Source of the DNA: Guillardia theta CCMP2712 | Lineage: Eukaryota > Protista > Cryptophyta | Assembly: GCF_000315625.1 (NCBI RefSeq) | Contig: NW_005434668.1 | Span: forward strand, 567,808 to 631,807 | Direction: 5' to 3' | DNA length: 64,000 bases | Shown: in pieces, positions 1 to 11,219 of the stretch | Layout: each line of letters begins with the position of its first letter | Position numbering within the stretch: position 1 is the first letter of the stretch | Position numbers and translations under genes: made by a program | Notes under the pieces: generated by a model | What the model saw: the letters and a program-made list of their open reading frames with translations, nothing else | Database searches by the model: none | What the model was told of the DNA's origin: nothing

Positions 1-328
1 TATGCCTCCGATTGATCCGACTGGTATGAACAACTCTTCTCCCCCCTTGTCTTCGCGCATTAGCTGAACTGAAGCTAATGGCGCAGGTAATCCTGGCCAG
101 CACTACCACAGCATGGTCGATGACGTCGTCAACCCAAGCTGCTTTGTCATCCAGGTATCATAATCCTACTGCTGCTGCTCCTGATCTGGCACGTCCTCAC
201 GTCTCAAGCAGAACAGTGCAAGCGCGTACCCAGCGTACCAGATCGATTACCGACCAGTCGAAAACCACTTACCCTGTACCATGTCTTCGGGGCAAAAGGT
301 TGGCAACAAGAGGTGGAGGAGGAGGTGA
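1..328 (+). CDS. 3' end of a PARP-family (ART) catalytic domain protein, 5'-truncated by the window
   Basis: Removing GT-AG introns 24-86 and 155-211 gives MPPIDPTGNPGQHYHSMVDDVVNPSCFVIQNSASAYPAYQIDY. This fits the PARP12/14-type C-terminal signature (PP...YDS.VD...NPS.FV.....AYP.Y.I.Y). A further intron could move the stop to ~409. Confidence 0.75.
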
Positions 329-599
329 AGGAGGAGAAGCAGGGGATCTGACTTCTCTGTGCACAGGAAGTGGGGAACAACCGCAGGTCCAACCCGCTGC
401 GCTCTGTGATTAACCAGAAGAAATGCGTAGAGAAGCAGAGGCAGAGCTAACCACCGATCGACCTCGCGCAGGATGACGACAATCGTGATTCCCGCACAAG
501 TATATGGCTGTACTCTTAGCCTAGTGCGAAGAATATATGAATTATGATGTATATCTCAAGGGGAAAATATCTCTCGTGTCTAACAGCCACTGATCAACA

Positions 600-2009
600 C
601 AAGATGCTTGACAAGTACCACTGCAACTAAAAGTCGAGCCGACCCTCACGATTCTGTGGAGACAATTCATATTTCTTCACAAACGGAGAAACAATGTAGC
701 CCTCTCAATTGGTTGAGAGTGGTAGATCATCACATCAAAACATAGCCACTGTACATTCGAGGAGTCATGCTAATGATGCTTGCCCACTTGACCCTTTGGG
801 TGTCGAGTTTTCCTTTTACCCGGGTTCCGGCGATTGTTTCCTTGAAAGAAGACGAATTCTCAACCCCCCTCACACAACGAAAGACGTGGAATTACCATAG
901 AACGGAGATATCTTCGCGTATAACGCTTTGCGAGTTTCAATTTTCTTGTCGCCGACCATGTTACTGAGGGCAAACCAGAACTTTGCCTTTCCTGTTCACC
1001 ACTTTGAACTTGGGATGTGAGAGGAGGAGAGGAGTACCTATCGGATCTTTCTCTCTTCCACATTTGATATCGGCCCCTTGTTGGACAAGAAGCTTGACCA
1101 AGGATGTATGACCGCAATGCGCAGCAGCAGACAACGGGGTGAAGCCGATATAATCTTTGTGCACTCCGGTCTGAGCATGTAATCAGTAAGATATGGGAGA
1201 TGTGAGAAGCCCTGACCTTAGGCTGCACAAGATAGTTGATGTCTGCCCCTGTCTGAAGTAGATGCTCGACAATGTGACGTGCTCCTTTCACGCAAGCCTG
1301 TAACTCTTCATCAGTTCTTGTGACCTAGCAATCCCTCAACGACCGCAATGAGTTTGGCGTTGATGTCCATAGACTTCTTCGGCTTGAAAGGCCTGATGGA
1401 CTCCCACATGTGGCTGCGGAACCCGATTCCTAGCGGCACAGGAGAGTCTAAGTGAGATATGGGGAGATGAGGTTGTACGAGATATGGGGAGAGGAGGGTG
1501 TACTCACGGATAGGGATTGTAGCTGGGTCAGTGTGTACGGAACGAGGAGATGCTTGCCACAACACCTTCGCCAGACAAGTGTTAGAACATAGAGATGGCG
1601 GATGGAGAAAGTGATTGTCCATACGTCTCTCACGACCTCCTTGCCGTGGTATCGCTCCAAAGCAGACAACTTGCGGGGGCCGGTACAAGGGCGAATTGTT
1701 CGCAACAGCTGTTCAGGATCAGGAGAGTGAAGCGAGTATGAAATGGAGAGCAACCGGGTAGTTGTTCTTGCGGGGAAATCTCCTGGGGCATACGCTGGTT
1801 CTCTGCTTGACGGTGCCGCGACTTCCTGTGCATTTGCCTCCACGGAGAGAAAGAACCGACCAGGAGGATGATACAGGACGCCATGGCGCAACATCACAAG
1901 AGGAGAGTGCAAGGGTTGAGAAGAAGGAGAGGAGGAGGAGGATGGACAGGGGGCTGCGGCTGAAGGGGGGGGCAGCGGGGGCCATGGCCGAGGAGCGATA
2001 GAAGAGCAT
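600..2009 (-). CDS. Ankyrin-repeat protein with N-terminal signal peptide and LSLRGG motif (multi-exon, 3' end approximate)
   Basis: Exons encode ACVKGARHIVEHLLQTGADIN and GFTPLSAAAHCGHTSLVKLLVQQGADI (ankyrin consensus). The first exon from ATG 2009/1985 has a hydrophobic stretch (LSILLLLSFFSTLALS) followed by LSLRGG. Confidence 0.7.
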
Positions 2010-2029
2010 GCCAATCAACACAGCTGCGG

Positions 2030-2250
2030 GTGCATGGCTTGAGCCTACGGGGGATGAGGGGCCGCATAAGGGGTGGTGGTCAGCATAGAAACTATAAGTA
2101 TGGGTTAGGGTCATTCCTCCCCTGCCCACCCCATATATTTCTGCACCCTACCCATTGAATAGCTACTCATAAAGGGAAAGTCAACCCCCACTTTGATACC
2201 CCTACCCCCTGTGGTGGATGAACCTACTACCCCCTCCAAAAGGGTTGCAC
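2030..2250. promoter_or_regulatory. ACCCC/GGGGT-rich divergent promoter region
   Basis: Dense ACCC/TACCCC/GGGGT words between head-to-head ankyrin (-) and HEAT (+) genes. Confidence 0.55.
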
Positions 2251-2267
2251 TCAGTCGCTGGCGCCTA

Positions 2268-4243
2268 ATGGCGCATGTGCGAAACGAAGATGTTGACATG
2301 GGGGAAGGCGCGAGGAAGAGAGAGAAGAGAGAGAAGACGGGGGATGATGATGATGAAGTCGGAGAGAAGAGAGGAGTTCGAGAAGAGAACGATGTCAAGC
2401 TGAATGGAAGAAGGAACAGAGACAATGAGCAGACGAGCATTGAAGTCGGCGAGGCCGATTTTGGTAACGATACGGACCTGTTACTCAACTTCCAAGAAGC
2501 CTGCAGACGATATAGCCGAAGATGCGGCCTGTCATGGTAAGATATTGTATCATAGACCCCTATGTAGAAATCTGTATGTCGATTGTTGTTGAATTCTGTG
2601 CTCACTTTGGTTCTGGTCGACTTTGAATTTACTATTTCTGCAGCGGAGGCCTGAATGCAGATATTATTGCTCGGCATGATAGCGATCATGTCCGCCGAGA
2701 TTGGCTTTCTTGTTTGTCCCAGGACGCGCTTCCCCGGTCCCTTGACGGATCGTGTCGGGACCATTGTGCTCTTTCGGTGCTACCTCGCACGTGACTGAAT
2801 GCTCAAGTGATGCTGTGGTAGATTGGATTGCACATGTGCCAGAACGACCCTTATTGGAAAATAAGGCATGATGCAACAGAGCTGCTGGATAAGGTCGTGA
2901 TCTCGGTGTGCGTCCCAGGCTGCTCATCTACCGCGCAGGTGGCTCCGATCGGCCACATGCCCACCATACAGGTGCTGCTACAGCGACTGCATGATGAATC
3001 ATTTGGTGAGTAGATCTCAATGGAGACGTGATGAACCTGTTGAGCTCACTCGTCTCTCACAGCCGTTCGTGCAAGAGCTGGTAGCGCGATCGAGAAGCTG
3101 ACCGAACGAGGCGACAGAGTTGCATTGGACGCCTTCAAGAACCTTGCAAGGGTCAGTTTGAGACGAGTCCAGGGAATCAAGAGTGACGTGATCTGCAGCA
3201 CAAATCTACTGACATGGCTGTGATTGGACTACGGGGGATGCGGAAGACAGCTCATCGAGGTCTGTACATGCGAACAGAAGCCGCCGGGTTGCTCATTTGC
3301 CGATTTCCAGAGGATGAAAGTGTGATTGAAATTTTTCTGGAACACTTAGAATCTGATGAAGAGCAAGTTATCGTGGTAGAAACCGGTTGTTATCTTCTAT
3401 TTGATTCGTGATCGTCTGTACAGGCTGCAGTGAAAGGCCTACAAAACGTGATTAAGGAGCCAAATTCCAAGGCAAGTCTTTGTGCGGTGAAAAGCCTGTC
3501 ATAAGCGCATCATTGATTTTGATTGAGTCAGGTTACCGACGCTCTTCTCAAGCTTTTGGTGTCGATGGAGGCTTCCATGACGGTATCCTTCATCTAGCTG
3601 GATCCTTCGTCTGAGTTGCTCTTCACAGGAGGAAGCGGATGAAGTGTACGACTCGCCCTCAAAAGACGCGCTCATTCGCGCTCTTCCTGACTTGTCGAGG
3701 AAGGACGACCCTGAAGTGATCACCGTCTTAATTCGCATGTTCGAAACAGAGAGCAATGACTTCACCAAGGAAAGGATTGCAAAAGCTCTCGGGCGAATTG
3801 CATCAAGGGGAAACCGGAGAGTGGTTGATTTGCTATTAACAGCTATCGATGCTGAGGATTACATCGTAGCTTTGCCATGCGTGCAAGCAATCGGCGATGT
3901 GGCTAAGCTTGATGACGCCAAGGTGATTGCTGTGCTTATCCAGTGCCTGCAGCACGAGGAGGTTGCAATCAGACTCTCAGGTTTGAAGGCTATTTCCAAA
4001 GCTGCGTCTAGGGGCCATGCTACGGTCGTTCCAATGGTCCTTAACGCGTTGAATGACAAGAATCCGGCTGTGCGGTTGGAAGGCATATCGGCGCTCGGAC
4101 GCCTGGGCTCGCCCACAGATCGGCAAGTTGTAAAATCACTGGGAAAGATCGCAGACTCGGAACAAGTTGCTCAAAGAGATGCCGCACAGGCTGCTTTGTT
4201 AGAGATTATCCGAAGTGTTGAGAATGAAGACTTCTGTGAATGA
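2268..4243 (+). CDS. HEAT-repeat protein (multi-exon)
   Basis: Repeats such as VPMVLNALNDKNPAVRLEGISALGRL, IAVLIQCLQHEEVAIRLSGLKAI and NDPYWKIRHDATELLDK; long terminal exon ends at TGA 4243. Confidence 0.8.
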
Positions 4244-4505
4244 CAGCTGATGTGTCTCAAAGTTAGGAGATAAAGGGTTGAAATCATGAATCCTACTCCA
4301 TTTCCACCTGAAGTCTCCTGTCCCTGCTCAAACCTGAACACAACATAGCGAATAGAGAGAGCACTACATGGAATACAAGACTGTTTATAAATATCAGGTC
4401 GAATTCTTGGTGCCAAGACAGCAACATGCTTTGCAGGATAGGAAACCATCTAAAATGCGTGTATCCTTTGTGTAGGAAATTTGGACCACTCAAGGAAAAT
4501 AAAGC

Positions 4506-4995
4506 TTAGCAAGCCCATTCTCCACCGCTTGGGCCCTCGGAAGGACAGATCTCTCCGTACTGCTCATAATCCTTGGCTCCGTACTCAAGAGTGGGAATCT
4601 AGCGTGAAAAATATCAGTGCGAGGGCAGGATTACACTTGATGAATATAGCGAATGAAAGCAAGGGTGACCAAATCCATTTCTCTCGCACACACACACCCA
4701 AGTCAATTAACAGAAGTAAAGACACAGGCACGCAGTGATAGATTTGAAGAGGCGAAATCATCGACAACGAGGCAGCCTCCATGAAACAACAGCCGCATGC
4801 TCAGCCAAGGTGAGTCGAGGCAGGAGGATCGTCACAAGAACACGAGTGAATTCAACTCACCCTAGTTCCCCAGGGATGGAGGGAAGAGGAGAGGTCGTCG
4901 AGGGGGTTGAGGTTCTCCTTCCCTCCCGGGTTGGTGACATTCTCTCCCGGCACCGTCCACAAAGTCAAGTTCGTTCGCAACAACTTGGTCAGCAT
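4506..4995 (-). CDS. 75-aa two-exon small protein of unknown function
   Basis: Exon 4995-4861, phase-0 intron GTGAGT...CTAG (4860-4599), exon 4598-4506: MLTKLLRTNLTLWTVPGENVTNPGGKENLNPLDDLSSSLHPWGTRIPTLEYGAKDYEQYGEICPSEGPSGGEWAC*. Confidence 0.6.
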
Positions 4996-5127
4996 TGAAT
5001 CGCCACGCGCCTCTTCGTCTCGCGCGTAACGGTTATGAACGAGCGTTACTTTCAAGGACGTTTTTCGGTTACAAATATCCGTGTGAGTATCCGCGAGTAT
5101 CCGCTTTGCTTGTCGGGGGTGGTCTCC

Positions 5128-6450
5128 ATGATGGCGAAGGGGCGCGGCATGGGCGGGCGATGGGGATGGGCATCAGCTGCGTGCATAGCAGTTGCGCTCC
5201 TCGTTGTTGTGGTCCAAATATCGCGCTCGCATCGATCATCTCTTGCAGAAGTTTTCAGCGATCAGCCGACCGACCCAATACTAACGCCGTTTTTCCTCGC
5301 CTATGATGCGGGTGATGGTGCTGTTCGCGAGCTTGAACGAGTAGCAAAGCCGTTACAAGGAGCGCTCTCCCATCGCTCTCAGATCAGTATTCTAAATGCT
5401 CTAAAACATAAGAGAGCCTATGGTGAACTTGTCGATTATGGCGCTATACCATTGCTGTCATCATACGGCAGGGCAGCTGGAGCTGAAACGAATCAGAAAT
5501 CGGTGGAAAAAACCATGTCAGGGGTGCAAAAACTTTATGGAGAGCTCCATTCGGGTCAGGACAGAATTTCAGCCCAAAAATTTGTTGTGGATGATGAGCT
5601 GGCAAGGCAGCTTCTTTCCAAGAAAGTGTCAAAAAACAAGCTGAAGCGTGAGGAGGGCACGCTACGTAAGGACGTGGAGCTATCAATAGCAAAAGAGAAG
5701 AAAGCCTCTGAAATGGTGAAGGAAGGACGTGAGGAGTTGAACAAATACCGTATTGATATGAGGAACAACGAGAGAGCAAGAATCGAGAACGTCAAATACA
5801 TGCGAGCGGCCGAGAACTTTGCAGTGCAGGCAACCAAAGATTTGAAGATTGCACAGAAGATAGATAACTCATCGGCCGAGAAGATAGACGCTGCAAAGAA
5901 GGTTCTCAAATATGCCCACGTTGCAGAGGTGAAGGCGAAAGTCACCAATAACCAGAAGAGCTTGAAGAAGATTGAAACAGAAATCGATTCTGAAATCTCC
6001 AGCATCCACAAAGCGGCAGCGAAACACAAACTTGCTCAAAAGGAGAGAGCTGATGCGAAAGAAAATTTATTTGTGTCGAACGTCATCCAGAATGTTCGCA
6101 AGCAAGACTTTGGGGGGATGCTTCCAGTGCATGTACTTGCTGCTGAAGGTAAAAGTGCACGTGAGGAGATCAGGGAAGGCTCTGCGGATTATCGCAATGC
6201 AGCTGCACGTTTTGCTCGCTCAAAGCAAGCTCTTTCCTTGGCTACCCGGGAGGACAACACTCGTCATGTTGTTTCATCGACAGAGAGGACCGACAGGAAA
6301 GCTCTTCAGGCTCTGGTGGCTGCCGAAAGATTGGACCGTGAGATCCGCAATTTGCGAACCTCTGCACATTCTGAAGAGAAAAAGGCGGCTTTTGGTATCA
6401 ATGAGGCAAAGAAATATGAATACAGAGCGGCAAACCTTGGCGCAACCTAA
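5128..6450 (+). CDS. Intronless coiled-coil protein with N-terminal signal-anchor
   Basis: Long open frame; hydrophobic AACIAVALLVVVVQI near the N-terminus, followed by an A/K/E-rich helical region. Confidence 0.8.
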   Translation: MMAKGRGMGGRWGWASAACIAVALLVVVVQISRSHRSSLAEVFSDQPTDPILTPFFLAYDAGDGAVRELERVAKPLQGALSHRSQISILNALKHKRAYGELVDYGAIPLLSSYGRAAGAETNQKSVEKTMSGVQKLYGELHSGQDRISAQKFVVDDELARQLLSKKVSKNKLKREEGTLRKDVELSIAKEKKASEMVKEGREELNKYRIDMRNNERARIENVKYMRAAENFAVQATKDLKIAQKIDNSSAEKIDAAKKVLKYAHVAEVKAKVTNNQKSLKKIETEIDSEISSIHKAAAKHKLAQKERADAKENLFVSNVIQNVRKQDFGGMLPVHVLAAEGKSAREEIREGSADYRNAAARFARSKQALSLATREDNTRHVVSSTERTDRKALQALVAAERLDREIRNLRTSAHSEEKKAAFGINEAKKYEYRAANLGAT

Positions 6451-6499
6451 GATTGGAATAAAGCATAAAAATGAGCCAGTGCAATGACAGTCCCAAGAA

Positions 6500-7148
6500 A
6501 TTTATTTGTTGAGCGAGACTGGGATTCCCACCCTTATACAAACAAGAAGAGTTCCTCCAAAAGCAATGAAGAAATATCCTGCATCAGATTCCATCACATC
6601 TATGCACTGCACGAGGATGTAGCTTACCGCTTATCTCCAGCAGATGAGTTTCACCAGCAGATCCTTCTCCCTCAAGTTGCTGCAAGGCAAAGATATTACT
6701 CCAGTTCGTAAGGCTAACCAAGACCATATGGTAGAACCTGCATTCGATTCCTCGCATGACTCACCCGCGCCCGCATAGTAGAAAGGTGCTCCTGTGAAAA
6801 GTTAGCTCGCCATGAGCCAGGCTGAGCACTTCGCTCACTTGATTTTTGTTAAGTGCATACTGAGCCTGGCCGGGTACATAATAGACTGGCCTCCCTTGTG
6901 CATCAAACGTCCTAGCAAGAGGTCGCGATACACTATCTGAAGAACTCAAGAAACTCGGCATTTCCTCTTCATTATAGCTTTTTAACATTTCAAGGGTCGA
7001 TTCACTTTCTGCTGGATTCAGATCCTGTTATGATAAAGTTTACATAATGCTGACATAATTGATAGGAACAGACCTTCGCTGCGCATATCGAAAACACTGA
7101 CAACAATACAAGTGACAGAAATTCATTGATATGTCTTGTTCTGCCCAT
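6500..7148 (-). CDS. Small signal-peptide protein with probable C-terminal TM (multi-exon, end approximate)
   Basis: MGRTRHINEFLSLVLLSVFSICAAK splices in frame to DLNPAESESTLEMLKSY...; a late exon reads GYFFIAFGGTLLVCI. Confidence 0.5.
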
Positions 7149-7287
7149 CACTATTCTGTGAACGTGTGTCTTGTGGGATAATTCGCGATGTCAACTCCAG
7201 GTGATTGTTCTGTTGTCCTTACAATCTCGTCTTTTGCTCTTACCCCTGTACCCTTGTGTTCTTGCCCTGTTCAACCATACCACGAAA

Positions 7288-8005
7288 GGCCGCCGGATAC
7301 TTCCGGATATTCCCGGATACCCGCAGCGTCAAGGGTGGCCGGGCCCGCGGCCGGCCCGGCCGCCCGGTCCGGCCTACCGTGAGTGACACACGGTAACGGG
7401 AACTAAGGCTGCCCTGGCAGGCTGAGTTAAGCCTGCCGGGCCGGGGGGCATAACCGACGGACTCCCGCACCGCTGACTCGCCGGACTCCGGGACACTGCC
7501 GCTGTGCCACCGTGCCACAGTGACGGCGCTTTTTAACATAACCGTTTGAGTAAAACTTTCAGAGCCTTGAAGGTGAGTTAAGGGACTGAGCGGACTCGGA
7601 TGCAATCAAGAATGACCGTCCGATCGGCGACAGAAGGACATACCAGCCGTGCCAAACAGATAGCGCCGAGTTAATACTTGAGGGCCCACTAGGCTCAGCG
7701 GCCCCGGTAGCCGGCGGCCGGGGGGCGCGGCCGGCCCCCCGGCGGCCCGGGGAGTGACCGTATCGGACCCGTACACTGTGACTGACTCGGCGGCCGAATG
7801 CGGCACTGCCGCGCCAGTGGTCCGACCGTACGGTACGCCCCCCGCGGCGGCGGCGGAGCCTCCGCGGGCCGGGAGCCTGCCCCGCGGGCCGGGACTCAGT
7901 ACGGCGGCGGCCTACCAGTGACTTGACTCGTACGATCACCCGGTGCCTCAGTGCGATAATCCGATCCGACCGGCCGCGCCAGACTCCGATCGATCTCAGG
8001 ATTGG
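7288..8005. other. GC-rich non-coding island 1 (CCGG/GGCC/GACTC/GTGAC/CACTG words)
   Basis: Abrupt compositional change; overlapping ORFs are low-complexity R/G/P/A. It lies between the cimA stop (8079) and the next minus-strand ATG (7148). Confidence 0.8.
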
Positions 8006-8078
8006 ATTTTGATTCAATGATGTAATTTGAAATTGAAAACTGTGGCAGGGTAGGCAAGTAGTATGCGAGATGTGCTCT

Positions 8079-10878
8079 TCAAAAGGAAGAATCGTCCTGG
8101 TCCTTTTGAAACATTACGAATGACCGTCCGGTACGAGTTTCACTTACCAGATGTCTGTGTTCAAGGTGATATTCGACGCCATCAACAAGAGCATTGAAAG
8201 ATGCAGAGATTCTGATAAAAAGGGTGAGTCAATGTCGGAACCGACGACTTGCTCTGCCCCGCTTGCGCTTGTACTTACATGTTCGAGTCTGCGCTCGCAG
8301 TGGTCCATCGTTTCCCCAGCTGAGTGTCTTGAAACTCAATCATGACTCTTGGGACTGCTGCAGTCGCTGCTTCATTGTCTAGGATGCGAACCTAAGACGC
8401 CAGTGAGACTGATAGGCTCCTGGCACACCTCGAAACCTTGTAGTCCCTCAGCTCCACGAACTCGAGGGAGGAGAAAAGAGGCAGCAGCGCCTGCTTCTTG
8501 TTAACATGCTCTCGTACCGTCCACACCCCCAACCTTCACGAGCGCCTTGCCCAAGGCGTTGACTGGACCATTCCCTTCAGCGACTTCGAGGATTTCTGTT
8601 CCCTGCCGTTGGACTGTGAGCTTCCATCAAGTGCGCAATGAGATGACGCCGAGACCTTCGCTTCATCGCCTTGTGCCATCTTAGCAGCAAGAACTGCAAG
8701 CTACCGTAAGCAACGGAAAACAAAGCAAACAAACTTCACCTGCAAGGTTTGCAGCATCTGAAGCAAGATCGCCCAGCTACCCCATGAACGTCAGTGGCCT
8801 TATCGACAGGACTCGAGCTCACTTTTCGCAACTCCTTGATTACATATCGATTCACCGTTTCCTGACCCACCCTCAGCTTGACCTAGCATCAGGTCTGTCA
8901 AAAATTTGCGGCACAGCGATGATGACCACCGTTGCTCTCGCTTGACCAAAGTTTCCATACTGTGAAGGTCCATCGTCCCATACTATCACGTTGTAATCTA
9001 GGATCTCGAACGGAGGCTGCGACGAGTTCCGAATGTCAATCACGTTCATCGGGAGAAAACAAAAATGCCTTATAAGCTGAAAGCGAGCGCCTGAGCATCA
9101 GATCAACTGAAGCATCAGCCCTGAAAATTAATTAGATATTTGGATCTGAATTGCTGAGGTACCCTTCGAAGAAATATCCCTTCTGATCAAGAGATCGCAC
9201 AATCTGCATAATCTTTTCCGCACTGTACAAAGTTCAGTTGCTCATAAGTTTGAACAAAAGATAAACCTTCGGTTGATCTCGACATCATCGGCATACTTTC
9301 GCAAAGATTTGATCATCTAAAAAACAAGTGAGCACGAATCGGGCAACTACCGCCTTTTTTTTTACAGCCTCGGGCAGAACTTGCTTTCCTGTCTCAATAT
9401 TGCCAGACTTTGAAGGACCTGCTTCAGACATCAATACTCAACAAGTTCAAAAAGAGGGATGCAGACCAGGAACAGTTGACAACAGATCGTTACCAACTTC
9501 AGATCCATCAAAGCGAATTCTTGCCTGAAATGAATGTATCAGTGAATGTTGCAGGGGTACTTCAACAAACTACAGTATCTCGATCATTCCCAGATGGAAA
9601 ACATGCTTGTGTGGCGAATGACATGCTACCAACATATGCTAAGAGCAGTCAATCAGTTGTGCGGAGCCTCATCAATCGTTCGTTACCAGCATGAGGATTG
9701 TTTGGCTGATTTGCTTGCTCATCGACGTAGCGTGAAAGCGAAGTGATTCCTTTAAGGTGATCAAGACCTATCGTGCAGTCCTCTTTCATTGCTAGACTCA
9801 GCGTAGGAAGAATCGACATAGCGTTTGCATTTCCTGTTCTTTCGCCGTACCCATTCACAGTCCCCTGAATTACCCTGGCCCCACCTTTTACAGCAGCCAA
9901 ACTGTTTGCGACTGCCATTCCCTGGTCATTGTGGCAATGAATGCCCACATTTGTTGTTGGAAACCGGGTGACAACCTCCCTAGTCAGCTCCTCTATGTCC
10001 CACGGCAAACTCCCCCCATTGGTGTCGCACAACACCAGCCAATCCACACCTGCGTTGACAGCGGCATCCAGGCAAGACATCGCGTACTCAGGGTTGGCAG
10101 AATAACCATCAAAGAAGTGCTCAGCATCGAGCATGACCTCCCGCCCAAGAGATTTCAGGTATGAAACCGTATCAAAGATCATAGCAAGATTCTCTTCTCG
10201 ACTGGTTTCCAAGACCTGGTCGACATGCAGGTCCCAAGACTTCCCTACAAGTGTTACAACCCGAGCACCTGAATCCACCAGCATCTTGACCTGCTTGTCA
10301 TCCTCCACTTTTACGTTCTTGTACCTTGTGGAACCAAACGCCGCAACCTTATCCCATGCGGCTGGAGGTAGCTCTACCTTGGCACGCTCAAAGAATTCGG
10401 CATCCTTCGGGTTTGAACCAGGCCATCCTCCTTCGATATAATCTACACCAAATCTATGCAATCGAGAAGCTATCCTAAGCTTGTCGTCGCAAGAAAGCGA
10501 GATCCCTTCTCCCTGTGCACCGTCTCTGAGTGTTGTGTCGTAGTAACGCACTGGAAGCGATTCTCGTTGCGCTGGGGGTACTTGGACTCCCTTCACGCTG
10601 GGATCAGAGGCGATCATACTCAAACAATTAGATGATCTCGTCTTTGCTGCTACTTGACGAAGCGAGCACACATGCGAGCCACGGCGCGAAAGCGTCCCTC
10701 CACATACGTTCAGACGGGGTTGGATCCATGCGTGAAGCACTCTCCCCTCCGCCGAAGACGCGATCGAGGTGGTTGATAGCATGAGGCAAGAGATCCTCAC
10801 AAGCTGCAGGAGGCTCAGCATTGTCGCTCTCCTCATGCCGCGCTCCTCTTCGTTCCAACCTCTCGTCGCTCCCTGCAT
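8079..10878 (-). CDS. cimA: Citramalate synthase (CimA-type DRE-TIM metallolyase with LeuA regulatory domain), bipartite plastid presequence
   Basis: YDTTLRDGAQGEGIS, YIEGGWPGSNPKD, DAEHFFDGY, LCDTNGG, GIHCHND and NGYGERTGN. Spliced 3' exons give EVAEGNGPVNAL, DYKVRILD and NIISASFNALVDGVEY, with stop at 8081-8079. Start is 10878, 10836 or 10821. Confidence 0.88.
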
Positions 10879-10899
10879 GCGGCGCCCACCCTGCTCTAG

Positions 10900-11115
10900 C
10901 AACCCATGGGACCACCCTCCCTCTCTTAAACTAAATAATGGGTCAACCCCACCCCCATAGATACTTGAACCCACCTGGGTACACAACACCCCCAATTTCA
11001 TATTTCAACACCCCTCCTCGGAGCATGTTTCACCCCACCATATCTTTCAACCTCCTACCCCACCTTCTTCATTCATATAAAACTACCCCTCCTGTTCCCA
11101 GCCAACCCCTATCGA
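10900..11115. promoter_or_regulatory. ACCCC-rich divergent promoter region
   Basis: Many ACCCC/CACCC words between cimA (-) and Rpf2 (+) starts. Confidence 0.55.
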
Positions 11116-11219
11116 CATTCCCATGCTCGCTGGCTGCGATCCGCCTGCTCGCTGAACGCGTTGCTGGCCGACCAGACCTTGCCGCTTAGCTGGCTTCTTG
11201 CTGGCTCCTCATCTAAGAG

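Noticed and set aside
7171-8017. ORFs across the GC islands (also 21172-21435 and 59905-60507)
   Set aside because: R/G/P/A-rich frames on both strands are expected from high GC and few stops; no domain features or splice pattern.
10879-11001. N-terminal extension of the cimA ORF
   Set aside because: Runs through the ACCCC promoter cluster; the signal peptide starts at downstream ATGs.
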